Shown piece by piece: positions 54,675 to 64,000 of a stretch of 64,000 nt of DNA. The DNA comes from an uncultured Planctomycetota bacterium (GTDB lineage: Bacteria > Planctomycetota > Planctomycetia > Isosphaerales > Isosphaeraceae): positions 736,001 to 800,000 of the forward strand of contig CAWGMQ010000003.1 in assembly GCA_963823665.1 (NCBI GenBank), given 5' to 3'. Positions within the stretch are counted from its first letter, which is position 1. Every line of letters begins with the position of its first letter. The position numbers and the translations under genes are program-made. Below the pieces are notes generated by a model. That model did not search any database, had not been told where the DNA came from, and saw only the letters and a list, made by a program, of their open reading frames with translations.

Positions 54675-55646
54675 ATGCATCGTCGTCGAGCCTTTACATT
54701 GATTGAATTGCTGGTGGTGATTGCGATCATCGCCGTGCTGATTGCCCTGCTGCTGCCCGCTGTCCAGGCCGCCCGAGAAGCTGCGCGGCGCACCCAGTGC
54801 ATCAACAACTTGAAGCAACTTGGGATCGCGCTGCACAACTACAACGACACGGTCGGTTCCTTCCCACCGGGCTACCTATCGCTCATGGATCCCGTGACCT
54901 TCGACAACGACGGCCCCGGCTGGGGCTGGGCGGCCAGGAGCCTCAATCAGATGGAGCAGTCTTCCCTTTACAACAGCATCAACTTCGTGCTGGGAATCGA
55001 GTTTCCAGCCAATCAAACGTCTCGATTGACCGTGATCGCGTCCTTTCTGTGTCCCTCGGATGCATGGATCCAAAACACGTTTACCGTCGTCGATTCGACG
55101 ACGACCGGCGCAATGGCCGGCGCCCCGATCTGCAGCGTCGCCTCATCGAACTACGTGGGATCGGTGGGTAGTGGCGACCCGTCTAGCCTCTATCCGTGGA
55201 TCATCGACGACGACGACGGTCCGCCGGGCCGCGACAACGGCAACGGGATTTTCTTCCGGAATAAATCCGTAATTATCGCATCGGTGACCGACGGCACCAG
55301 CCAGACCTTTCTGGCGGGGGAGCGTAGCCAGAACCTGTCGCGCGCAAGCTGGACCGGCGCAGTCACCAACGCGGCCGTCCCCCTGGTGGCGCTTCAGGCC
55401 GGAGCAGGCTTCGATCCTGAAGGCGGCGGCGCACTCGTCCTCTCGCACACCGGTGAAGGGCACGGACCGAACTCCCCATCGGGGCTGGCCCACGGCGACC
55501 AGTATTGGGCAATGCATCCCGGCGGCGCCAACTTCTTGTTCTGCGACGGCAGCGTGCGGTTCATCAAGGAGCTAGTCGGCTTCACCATCTTCCAGTCGCT
55601 CGCAACCCGGGCCGGCGGCGAGGTTCTTTCCGCCGACCAATTTTGA
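54675..55646 (+). CDS. DUF1559 prepilin-type protein with H-X9-DG motif
   Basis: [48 protein letters not shown]. Confidence 0.95.
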   Translation: MHRRRAFTLIELLVVIAIIAVLIALLLPAVQAAREAARRTQCINNLKQLGIALHNYNDTVGSFPPGYLSLMDPVTFDNDGPGWGWAARSLNQMEQSSLYNSINFVLGIEFPANQTSRLTVIASFLCPSDAWIQNTFTVVDSTTTGAMAGAPICSVASSNYVGSVGSGDPSSLYPWIIDDDDGPPGRDNGNGIFFRNKSVIIASVTDGTSQTFLAGERSQNLSRASWTGAVTNAAVPLVALQAGAGFDPEGGGALVLSHTGEGHGPNSPSGLAHGDQYWAMHPGGANFLFCDGSVRFIKELVGFTIFQSLATRAGGEVLSADQF

Positions 55647-55699
55647 GGAAGTAGTCGATGAGCCAGATTTCCATCATCGACCGAAATAAGGGACTCCCG

Positions 55700-56356
55700 A
55701 TGAACAAACACGTTTTTATTTGGTTCGAGGTCGCATTCGCGGGCTTAGGAGTCGTTTATGCTTGCAGCCGGATGCAAAACGATCGCACCCAGCCCTCCGC
55801 CGCTCCTCCGATATTGATCGAGGGCGCGGGAAAGCACATGGTCACACCGAAGATGGTCAACGCGACCGAGAGGATGACGGACGTGACGGCCCCGGCCGTC
55901 CAAGCCGAAGCGACTGACGGCAGTCTGTACGACGTCAATGAGCTGACAAGAGACGGGCCGGCCGTCCTCGTCTTCATCAAGGACGGCTGCCCGTGCAGCC
56001 AGGCAGCTCAGCCTTTCTTCAACGTCCTTTTTAACGCTTACGGCAAGCACGCCCGCTTCTTTGGGGTCTTCGACGGTGATGTCACCGTGGCCAAGAAATG
56101 GGCCAAGCAGAATCTCGTCGGGTTTCCCATCCTGAGCGACCCTGACCTGCGTGCCGTGCACGAATACAAGGCCGAAAATTCGGCTTACGTGGCGCTCATC
56201 GCGAAAGGAGGAAGGATCGAAAAACTGTGGCCTGGCTATTCGGCCGACATGCTCGCGGATGCAGTCGCGCGGCTTGCGCGGCTCACGGGGTTTGTCGCAA
56301 AGCCAATTGACGCCCGCGGTGCGCCGGACGAGATGACGACGGGATGTCCTTACTGA
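55700..56356 (+). CDS. Membrane-anchored redoxin / peroxiredoxin-like protein
   Basis: VLVFIKDGCPCS, FPILSDPD, C-terminal GCPY; start could be 55658. Confidence 0.8.
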   Translation: MNKHVFIWFEVAFAGLGVVYACSRMQNDRTQPSAAPPILIEGAGKHMVTPKMVNATERMTDVTAPAVQAEATDGSLYDVNELTRDGPAVLVFIKDGCPCSQAAQPFFNVLFNAYGKHARFFGVFDGDVTVAKKWAKQNLVGFPILSDPDLRAVHEYKAENSAYVALIAKGGRIEKLWPGYSADMLADAVARLARLTGFVAKPIDARGAPDEMTTGCPY

Positions 56357-56640
56357 CATCTCGCGGATCTACGAGCGGGTGGTCCAATGCGGTTTCTTGC
56401 TGTTTTCGAGATTGCAGGACGTGCGGGGAATGCCCGGCGTCGCTTGACTTGGAGTGATTCCTCCCCAGAGGAAAGGCCCGACCAAATCGGATCAGGCGGT
56501 GAGTGCCGGGTCGGGCCAGTGATCGTCGGCATGCAGAACCCCGCCCGCCGGGGCGGACGATCTCCTCGCCCGGCCCCGGCATTTAGCTTTCGAACAAAAA
56601 CTCAGTCGGACGACACCAACCAAGCGAACAGGAGTGACCC

Positions 56641-56890
56641 ATGATGAATGACTTGACTACCAGGCGCAGTGCTCCAGGCGAAAAACCACCAATTGAGCGT
56701 CGCCTGCAACGCGATCCCGCTCCTGGTCATCGACGTCTGGGAGCACGCCTATTATCTCAAATACAAAAACGTCCGAGCTGATTACGTGAAGGCCTTTTGG
56801 AACGTTGTCAACTGGGGCGCAGTCGATCAGTGGTACGGGCTCATCAAACAGAGGCACCACGTTCCCGCGAGTGAAACTCATGGCCATTGA
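56641..56890 (+). pseudogene. Fe/Mn superoxide dismutase remnant (signal start plus C-terminus only)
   Basis: AGGAG RBS and [10 protein letters not shown] joined out of frame to [33 protein letters not shown]. Confidence 0.85.
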
Positions 56891-56998
56891 TCGAAGCAGT
56901 GAGGGCGATGGAGTACCGACAGCAGCGCCAGGAAAGGGCGAACTCGAAGCAGTCCGACGTTTGCAAGTTTCACCTTTTTTACGTTCAGGAGATGCGAC

Positions 56999-57421
56999 AT
57001 GAAGAAGCCGATGTGCGTTGTGCTGGTCCTGGGTCTTCTGGGTTTCTCGGGTCTGGCAAGCAGACTCGCCAGGTCCGACGATGAAAAAACCGCGACCATC
57101 AAGGAGGTGATGCAAAAGCTACATAAGGGGCCTAACGCCCACCTGGCGAAGCTCAAGAAGGACCTTGCGGCGGATTCGCTCGACTGGGAGGACATCAAGG
57201 CGAAGGCCAAAGACTTCGAGACGTACGGAGCGGATCTTCCCAAGAACGACCCGCCCAAAGGAGAGAAGGAGGATTGGAAGAAGCTCGCCGACTCGTATTA
57301 CGAGAACGCCAAGAAGCTGAACGCTTCGGCCAAGAAAGAAGACAAGGACGGCGTCAATGCCGCGTTCTCGAAGATCTCAAACGCGTGTGCAGCCTGCCAC
57401 AAGGCCCACAAGCCCAGTTGA
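56999..57421 (+). CDS. Class II (four-helix) cytochrome c
   Basis: AGGAG RBS, signal peptide, C-terminal CAACH. Confidence 0.88.
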   Translation: MKKPMCVVLVLGLLGFSGLASRLARSDDEKTATIKEVMQKLHKGPNAHLAKLKKDLAADSLDWEDIKAKAKDFETYGADLPKNDPPKGEKEDWKKLADSYYENAKKLNASAKKEDKDGVNAAFSKISNACAACHKAHKPS

Positions 57422-57438
57422 TGACCACCAGACTCCCG

Positions 57439-57469
57439 GCCCGTCCGCCTTTGATACCGGGCGGCGGGC
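57439..57469 (+). terminator. GC-rich hairpin after the cytochrome c gene
   Basis: GCCCG-T-CCGCC ... GGCGG-CGGGC; weak U tract. Confidence 0.4.
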
Positions 57470-57556
57470 ACGGAATAATTCCGGATCGATTCAAGCGCGG
57501 AGCTACGTACTAAGGGGATACAAGCCGCCCAACATCTGCCGTCGGACTCGAATTAT

Positions 57557-57659
57557 CAGCGGTATCCGCTCCCAGCAGCGGTCGTTGTCCACTCCGTGTA
57601 CCGTCGAGCAGCGAAGGTTTGAAATGAGGAGCCGTGTGCGTTATTTGCGCGAGCACGGA
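57557..57659 (+). mobile_element. Group II intron 3' remnant (maturase C-terminus plus domain V)
   Basis: QRYPLPAAVVVHSVYRRAAKV-stop, then GAGGAGCCGTGTGCGTTATTTGCGCGAGCACGGA (AGC triad, bulged stem); domain VI absent. Confidence 0.75.
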
Positions 57660-57759
57660 CTTGCCCGTCGGAGAGGCATCGGGCTCGTCACGTTGGGGAA
57701 TCACTGTCCCTCACATGACTAGGTCGTTTCGCGGTGACACGCTGGTGAGGCACGGTGTC

Positions 57760-57870
57760 CTCACTTCCGGCTGCTGGCCCGGCTCTGCCGGACGGGATTG
57801 GTTACCCGCAGGGTTCCAGTAAAAGGTTTCACATTGAGATGATCCTCCTTTTCCGAGCTTCTTGGCGCAA
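57760..57870 (-). mobile_element. Group II intron 5' remnant (start of domain I)
   Basis: Minus strand begins TTGCGCCAAGAAGCTCGGAAAAGGAGG...GAAACCTTTT...GGAACCCTGCGGGTAACCAATCCCG...GCCAGCAGCCGGAAG; recognised from memory of intron 5' ends. Confidence 0.65.
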
Positions 57871-57957
57871 TGTCTGGATTCCCATTGCCACGGTCACCGA
57901 CCTGGTTGATCTGAACACGGCCCTCGACGATAGAACCAGGCCGCCGGTCGAGGCCCA

Positions 57958-58422
57958 TCAATCCACGAGAGTGACCTCAATCTTGTTGCTGGGGTCCAAG
58001 GCGGTCCCCTTCACGTCACACTCGGCCAAGACGAAGTATTCTTCTTTCTCGCCCACGGCAAAAGCCCCGAACTTACCGACGGCGCCAAGGGCGCCGCTTT
58101 GGTCCTTCAATCTTTTCTCCAGCGAATAGGGGATCGAGAACTCGAGCGTCTTGCTCTCCCCCGTCTTCATGTCGAATGGCTCGTTCCGGCCCGACTGCCC
58201 AAGGACGAATTCTTTGGTCTTCTTGTCTTCGCCCCTGCCCGTCGTTTGCTCCATGACGAACTTGTAGACTAGCTTCAGAACCTGCTTTTCCCCCTTTGAA
58301 GTGAGCAGAACCTTGCCGGTGATCTCATTTGCCGCACGAGAGACCCTCGGATTAACCTCCTGGAGCTGAACCTTGACACCGCCGATGTTCACCCAACCTT
58401 TGACCTTGTCGAGAAGCGCCAA
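57958..58422 (-). CDS. Spo0M/arrestin-like beta-sandwich protein
   Basis: TTG start after GAGGGGG; IGGVKVQL, ITGKVLL, AECDVKGTALDP. Confidence 0.7.
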   Translation of the reverse strand: MALLDKVKGWVNIGGVKVQLQEVNPRVSRAANEITGKVLLTSKGEKQVLKLVYKFVMEQTTGRGEDKKTKEFVLGQSGRNEPFDMKTGESKTLEFSIPYSLEKRLKDQSGALGAVGKFGAFAVGEKEEYFVLAECDVKGTALDPSNKIEVTLVD

Positions 58423-58968
58423 ACCGCACCCCCTCTGATGAGCGTTATGTGAGTCCGAATAGGGACCGTCCCGTATGGGAAATCCACGCCACTCATAAAA
58501 GTCCAAGCATATAATTAAGCAAATAGAATGCCGTTCGCCACTTGAAAAGCGAGGCTGGCCACAGTCGGCGCTTCTCCGAATGATTCGCAAGAATCTCTTC
58601 GATCAATACGAGAATACCTCCCGTGGAGGTTCAGGACTCACTGCCTCAGGCTGGCGGTCGTTGACGTGATACCAAACGTGAAGTCCGTGTAATCACGCCG
58701 TGGTCGGTGACGGCCTGCGTTTTGTCGCTCACGAATTGTGGATGGGCGCTAAACCAGTGTGCGATTGTTCAATTTGATCGCATGCCCTGACGGCACCAAT
58801 CGCGTTAGCCGTTTTAGCGCCGTGGCTAGCCTCGACAGAACAACGCGCCAAGCCGCCATCGGACGCCGGAGTCATGCCTCAGAAAATCCACTTATATAGA
58901 GTTCCAACTGAAAAAAGGCACGAAGTTACCCACACGCTTGGGAGAAGAACCTCAATTTTCTTACTTAC

Positions 58969-59048
58969 TCGATCTGATCGCTGGAACCCGGCTTTTTTCT
59001 GGAAATTTCCCGGTCGAAGGCGCGTCGAATCTGCAAAGTCGCCGTATA
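58969..59048 (-). repeat. 80-bp dispersed intergenic repeat, copy B
   Basis: Inverted relative to 34831-34910, 65/80 identity. Confidence 0.85.
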
Positions 59049-59350
59049 GTTGATCGAACGGGCACTGACGTTGGCGCTCGCGGCGAGCGTGCGACGAAGA
59101 CTTGGCCGAAGCCGAGAACTGCGAGAGAAAGCGAGAGTGAGTTTTTCAAAATCAGTAACATCCAACAACATTTCGTGACATGAAGGAAGAGTTTTCGAAG
59201 TCATGCGACGGTGCGTGCCTTCGGAACGAGTTTCTTCTTTACTCGATCACACCATGGGCGGAAGTTCTTCGCCATCGTTCCCAGCGTTGGTCACCTGCCT
59301 CCACACCGACACGCACAAGCACACCGCTTTCGGTGCTGGTCGCGAATGGA

Positions 59351-59428
59351 ACGGAATCCCTTCGCGGAGCGAAGGGCGACACTGGGGCGGAGACGGAATC
59401 CCTTCGCGGGGCGAAGGGCGACATTGGG
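59351..59428 (+). repeat. Tandem REP pair, 42-bp period
   Basis: ACGGAATCCCTTCGCGG(A/G)GCGAAGGGCGACA(C/T)TGGG twice. Confidence 0.9.
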
Positions 59429-59712
59429 CTGGGCGCGCCCAGACGCTGGGCTCTGCGGTCTGCCCTGCGCGCGCCGCGCCGTCCGACGCCTGCGGCGGCA
59501 CCTGGCGCAAGAAGGGGCGGTATGCACTGCCAGGTCCGATTATGCGGGCGGGCCGAAAAACCCTTTTTGGGATCGGCCAATTTCGCGCAAAAAAAGGAAG
59601 CGGGTTTGCAGATCATCTCTAGTAAAGGCTTTGGGAAGTTTGGGGAAATTCTCGAGGTCGCGGGACTTCGGGCCAGGCTTCCAGGCTTATTGTAATATGC
59701 ATTCATATTGTT

Positions 59713-61298
59713 ATGTCCTCTGACACACAAATCAATGCGAATCGGCGCAATGCGTTGCGCTCCACTGGGCCGGTTACTCCGGAGGGCCGGGCGAGAAGTG
59801 CTCGCAATAGTCGGAAGCACGGTATGCGGTCGGAGCGGGAGAAGCTCGCGCGGGAGGAAAGCATCGCGTATGAAGCGCGACACTTTCGCTGGTCCGCGCA
59901 TTATGGGGTGGAGAGTGACCCCGAGGAGTTTCTATTAAATGCCAACCTGTTCCTGGCGTCGGACATGGATCGGGTGAGGGGTGCCTACCTGGAACTCACT
60001 CAAAGCCAGATCGACAATGCCGAGGACGACGAGATCAAAGAGGTGCGCGAGACGGGCGAGTTGCTGTTCACCGATTCACGAGGCGTGCCGGTTTCGTTGT
60101 ATGGCACCCGTCGGTTTAACAACAAGAAACCAGGGGGGCCGTCATGGGGTAGCGAAACTGCGCCGGGGATCAAGCCCCAAGAGCTCATGGGGAAACTGGA
60201 ATCGAGTGCGATGGGGTGCTACTGGATCCTGGAGGTTCTGGAGGAACTGCTTGAGCGGCGCGCAAGCGATTCTGGGCAAGCGGCGATCGGCTGATGATGA
60301 TCAGGTTGCTGGGGCGGCATCCTGTGGACGGCGTCGCAGATCGGCGGGTCGCGGAGATCTTCGCCGCAAGCCACGCGATTCGGCCGGTGGGCAAATCGTT
60401 CGACGATCTGCTCAGCGATATGAATGAGCTGGCGCTCGAGGCCCATGTGAAGGAAATCGTGGCGGCGTGGCCTGACCTATCGCAGCGCGGTGAAAAGGAG
60501 GAGGCCAGGCAGAGCCTGATCGACCTGGTGGAAGGCGAGATCGAGCGGGTGTGGGCCATTGCGGCGGAACATGACGAGAATATCAAGGATCAACCTGCGC
60601 GGACGAGGGCGCGCAAGGGGTTTGTTCATTCCAAAGAAGCCAACGCGATGCGGCAATGGTTCGTGCGCGCCAAGGGGTCGGTGGAGCGAGGGGGCAAGGA
60701 TCGGGATGCAAGGTGTGGGGGCGGCGGGCCAGTTGCGGATGGTGGTTCGAACGCGGGCCTTGAAGTTGGCCGTGAGACTCGGGCGGACGGCACACGGAGT
60801 GTGCCTGCTACACCGAATGGGAGGGGCCGCGGGTGGGACTCGGTCGTCGTGGAGGAATCGGAGGTTCTGGCGTGTGGGGGGTACCTTCCGGAGAACTACA
60901 TCGGGATCGCGGGCGAGGGTGACGCGGTGGTCGGCGGGGCGGATGAAGTCTCGAATACTGAAACGGGTAACTCGGATCGTGAGGAAGCCGGGCCTTGCGA
61001 GCCGGATGAACGCGAGAGGAGTTGGCCCGATGATGGACGAGGAACGGGTAGAAGTGGCTTGTGGCGAGCGGTTGGAAGTGGTGGACGGTGGCGCCGGGGC
61101 CGGGTTGACTCTGGACGTTGGCGGGCACGCCCGCTCCGTCGCCGACGGCGACGACCGCCGTCCGGCTCTCCAGTCTGGATAACGTCGCAGAATCGGCACG
61201 CAATTCGCGTAATGGAGCGTGCGGCGCGCAAGAGACCGAATGCACGCAATCGACAGGCTCGTCATGTCGACGGGCTTGAGGTATGTTGTCGACATTGA
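59713..61298 (+). CDS. Uncharacterised ANRRNA-STGP family protein; frameshift near 60265, C-terminus uncertain
   Basis: QINANRRNALRSTGPVTPEGRARSARNSRKHG; continues MIRLLGRHP in the next frame. Confidence 0.7.
60782..60811 (-). repeat. GTAG-family REP inside the coding region
   Basis: Reverse complement reads GTAGCAGGCACACTCCGTGTGCCGTCCGCC. Confidence 0.75.
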
Positions 61299-61419
61299 TG
61301 AAACAGGGGCGTCGAGGTTCCGCCGCGCACACGGCACGAGGTTCAAAGGACCCGATTTCATCCCCCGATCCGACCCGAATTCAAAGTACCGGCCCGCCGT
61401 TCATGCTCGATAGAGCCCC

Positions 61420-63264
61420 ATGAAGCCCCACTTGGAACTTCCAGAGCTCGGTGCGGTCTTCCAGGCGATCGGAACCTGTCGTTTTCGCGTCTGGGCACCA
61501 CTCGTCCCGCGAGTGAGCGTTCACCTGCTCCATGACGACCGGCGGATTTCGCTCGAGCCGGAGCGCTTCGGCTATCATTCAGCCGTTGTCGAGGACGTCC
61601 AACCCGGCGATCGCTATCTCTTCGAGATTGGCAATGATCGCGCGCGTCCCGACCCGGCATCGCGGTCTCAGCCCGAGGGTGTGCACGGACCGTCGGAGGT
61701 CGTCGAGACCAGCTTCAACTGGACCGACGGGGACTGGAACAGCCCGAATCTCGACGATTTTGTAATCTACGAGCTCCATGTCGGCACATTCTCGACCGAA
61801 GGAACCTTCGATGCGGCAATCGCTGATATGGATCGCCTCCGCAGCCTGGGCGTCACGGCCGTCGAGCTGATGCCCGTCGCTCAGTTTCCAGGCGCGAGAA
61901 ACTGGGGCTACGACGGGGTCTATCCCTTTGCCGTCCAGGCAAGCTACGGCGGCCCCACCGGGCTCAAGCGCTTCGTCGACGCGTGTCACGCTCGCGGGCT
62001 CGCCGTGATCCTCGACGTCGTCTTTAACCACCTCGGACCGGAGGGAAACTACCTCCGCGACTTCGGCCCATACTTCACCGACCAGTACCGTACGCCCTGG
62101 GGCGAGGCCTTGAACTTTGATGGCCCGAGCAGCGATCGCGTCCGCGAATTCTTCCTGGCCAACGCCGCCATGTGGCAAACCGAGTTTCACGTTGACGCAT
62201 TGCGCCTCGACGCGGTTCATGCAATCAAGGACGCCTCGGCCTACCCATTTCTTGCCGAGCTTGCCGACTCCACGTCCCGTCGCGCCCATGAGCTGGGCAG
62301 ACGCTTTCATCTGATCGCCGAGAGCGACCTGAACGACACCCGGCTCGTCCGGCCGTCGCACACCGGAGGCATGGGCATGGACGCCATGTGGAGCGACGAT
62401 TACCATCACGCGCTTCACACCCTCTTGACCGGCGAGCGCTCCGGGTACTACGAAGACTTTGGAAGGCTCGAAGACCTCGTCGTAGCCTACAGAACAGGCT
62501 TCACCTACAGCGGCCAGTACTCTCGCTTTCGCGACCGTCGACACGGCAACAACCCGGCAGGCCTCGAGCCATGGCGCTTCGTCGTCTCCTCGCAGAATCA
62601 CGACCAGGTCGGCAACCGCGCACAAGGAGAACGGTTGGGTTCGCTCTGCGACTGGGAAAGTCAGAAACTCGCGGCGGGACTGGTGCTCCTCTCGCCATTC
62701 ATCCCGCTCCTCTTCATGGGAGAGGAATTCGGGGAAACCGCGCCGTTTCTCTATTTCGTCAGCCACGGCGATCCTGCCCTCGTTGACGCGGTGCGCCGCG
62801 GCCGCCGTGAAGAATTCGCAAGGTTCTCCTGGAATGACGAGGTTCCCGACCCACAAGACGAGGCGACATTCATCAGATCCAAGCTGAACCGCACTCTGGC
62901 CAATGACGGCCGTGGAAAGATCCTACACCGCCTCTACCACGAGCTGATCCACCTGCGAAAAACAGCCCCAGCCCTTAGCCGCCGTGGCTGCTCGCCTCCC
63001 GAGCTCTTCGTCGACCCCTCCGGTTGCATTCTCATCGACCGCCGAGCCGAGTGCGCATCCGCTCTTCTCCTGTTCAATCTCGGCGATCGGAGCGCCTCTT
63101 TGCAGCCGAGGCGGACCGGCGGGCCTTGGCTGAAGGTCTTCGACTCATCGGCAACGCGCTGGGACGGCCCGGGTGAAGAGCTCCCCGCCACGATCCCCCC
63201 CGGCAATGCCGCCACGCTCGGCGTTCCACGACGGTCTTTCGCTGTTTTTCTTCTCGGTTCCTGA
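61420..63264 (+). CDS. treZ: Malto-oligosyltrehalose trehalohydrolase
   Basis: FRVWAP, PDPASRSQPEGVHG, RNWGYDGV, LRLDAVH, QNHDQVGNR, FMGEE, VPDPQ. Confidence 0.95.
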   Translation: MKPHLELPELGAVFQAIGTCRFRVWAPLVPRVSVHLLHDDRRISLEPERFGYHSAVVEDVQPGDRYLFEIGNDRARPDPASRSQPEGVHGPSEVVETSFNWTDGDWNSPNLDDFVIYELHVGTFSTEGTFDAAIADMDRLRSLGVTAVELMPVAQFPGARNWGYDGVYPFAVQASYGGPTGLKRFVDACHARGLAVILDVVFNHLGPEGNYLRDFGPYFTDQYRTPWGEALNFDGPSSDRVREFFLANAAMWQTEFHVDALRLDAVHAIKDASAYPFLAELADSTSRRAHELGRRFHLIAESDLNDTRLVRPSHTGGMGMDAMWSDDYHHALHTLLTGERSGYYEDFGRLEDLVVAYRTGFTYSGQYSRFRDRRHGNNPAGLEPWRFVVSSQNHDQVGNRAQGERLGSLCDWESQKLAAGLVLLSPFIPLLFMGEEFGETAPFLYFVSHGDPALVDAVRRGRREEFARFSWNDEVPDPQDEATFIRSKLNRTLANDGRGKILHRLYHELIHLRKTAPALSRRGCSPPELFVDPSGCILIDRRAECASALLLFNLGDRSASLQPRRTGGPWLKVFDSSATRWDGPGEELPATIPPGNAATLGVPRRSFAVFLLGS

Positions 63265-63279
63265 GAGGATCTTGCTCCC

Positions 63280-64000
63280 TTGGCTCGATACGCATGCATT
63301 CATGGCCACTTCTATCAGCCTCCGCGCGAGAGCCCCTGGCTGGAAATGATCGAGCTCCAGGACTCGGCTTATCCCTTTCACGACTGGAACGAGCGCACCA
63401 CCGCCGAGTGCTACGCTCCCAACTCCGTCGCACGCGTGCTCGATGCCAGTGGCCGCATCCTACGTCTTGTGAACAATTATTCACGCATAAGTTTCGATTT
63501 TGGGCCGACCTTGCTGCCCTGGATCGAATCTAACGCGCCCGACGTCTACCAGCGCGTGCTCGACGCCGACCGCGAAAGCCAAAGCTCCTTCGCGGGCCAT
63601 GGCTCAGCCATTGCACAAGTATACAATCATATCATACTGCCTTTGGCAAACGATGACGACCGCAGAACCCAAGTCGACTGGGGAATTCGCGACTTCCGCC
63701 ATCGCTTCGGTCGCGAGCCCGAGGGAATGTGGCTCGCCGAGACCGCCGCCGACATCCCCACCCTCGAGGTTCTGGCCGAGTATGGCGTCCGCTTCACCGT
63801 GCTCGCCCCCAACCAGGCGGCGCGTGTCCGTAAAGTCGGGTCTCTTGAATGGACCGACGTGAGTGGGGCAAGGATCGACCCCTCCGTCCCCTACGTTCAG
63901 AAACTCCCGTCCGGGCGCTCGCTCGCTCTCTTCTTCTACGATGGACCGGTCTCGCAGGCCGTCGCGTTCGAGAAGCTGCTCACGCGCGGAGAATCCCTCG
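63280..64000 (+). CDS. GH57 / DUF3536 family protein (partial, runs off window end)
   Basis: TTG start; IHGHFYQPPRESPW, HDWNER, SFDFGPTL, YNHIILPLA, GMWLAET. Confidence 0.9.
   Translation, partial: MARYACIHGHFYQPPRESPWLEMIELQDSAYPFHDWNERTTAECYAPNSVARVLDASGRILRLVNNYSRISFDFGPTLLPWIESNAPDVYQRVLDADRESQSSFAGHGSAIAQVYNHIILPLANDDDRRTQVDWGIRDFRHRFGREPEGMWLAETAADIPTLEVLAEYGVRFTVLAPNQAARVRKVGSLEWTDVSGARIDPSVPYVQKLPSGRSLALFFYDGPVSQAVAFEKLLTRGESL

Noticed and set aside
1..64000. tRNA/rRNA genes, prophage, intact IS or integrase
   Set aside because: No such motifs were recognised by eye; a covariance or HMM scan would be needed to exclude them fully.

Overview
GC-rich bacterial chromosome segment. The gene content (DUF1559 prepilin-like proteins, DUF1501, LEPR-XLL-type exported proteins, BlaI/M56 pair, membrane Ser/Thr kinase, GTAG-type REPs) points to a planctomycete, probably Isosphaeraceae-like (inference). 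Ordinary genes include modABC, an MFS transporter, a TatD hydrolase, a GT4, an S10 peptidase, GH13, treZ, GH57 and a Tm-1-like/PEP-hydrolase pair. They alternate with accessory zones at about 21.5-35 kb and 53-61 kb that are rich in repeats and gene fragments. About nine genes carry single-base frameshifts, most likely long-read indel errors. No rRNA, tRNA, CRISPR array or intact transposase/integrase was recognised. Main leads: (1) a secreted Cys-rich leader ORF ending in an RAPP-like motif ahead of a DUF1559/redoxin/SOD/cytochrome c cluster; (2) an Rpn-like gene with a probable internal antitoxin start, bracketed by 153-bp direct repeats carrying palindromic sites; (3) a HEPN-like gene paired with a degenerate MNT-like partner; (4) an 80-bp element repeated 24 kb apart; (5) phased 10-bp repeats ahead of an ATPase; (6) group II intron remnants. 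All family calls come from motif recognition by eye, not from database searches.
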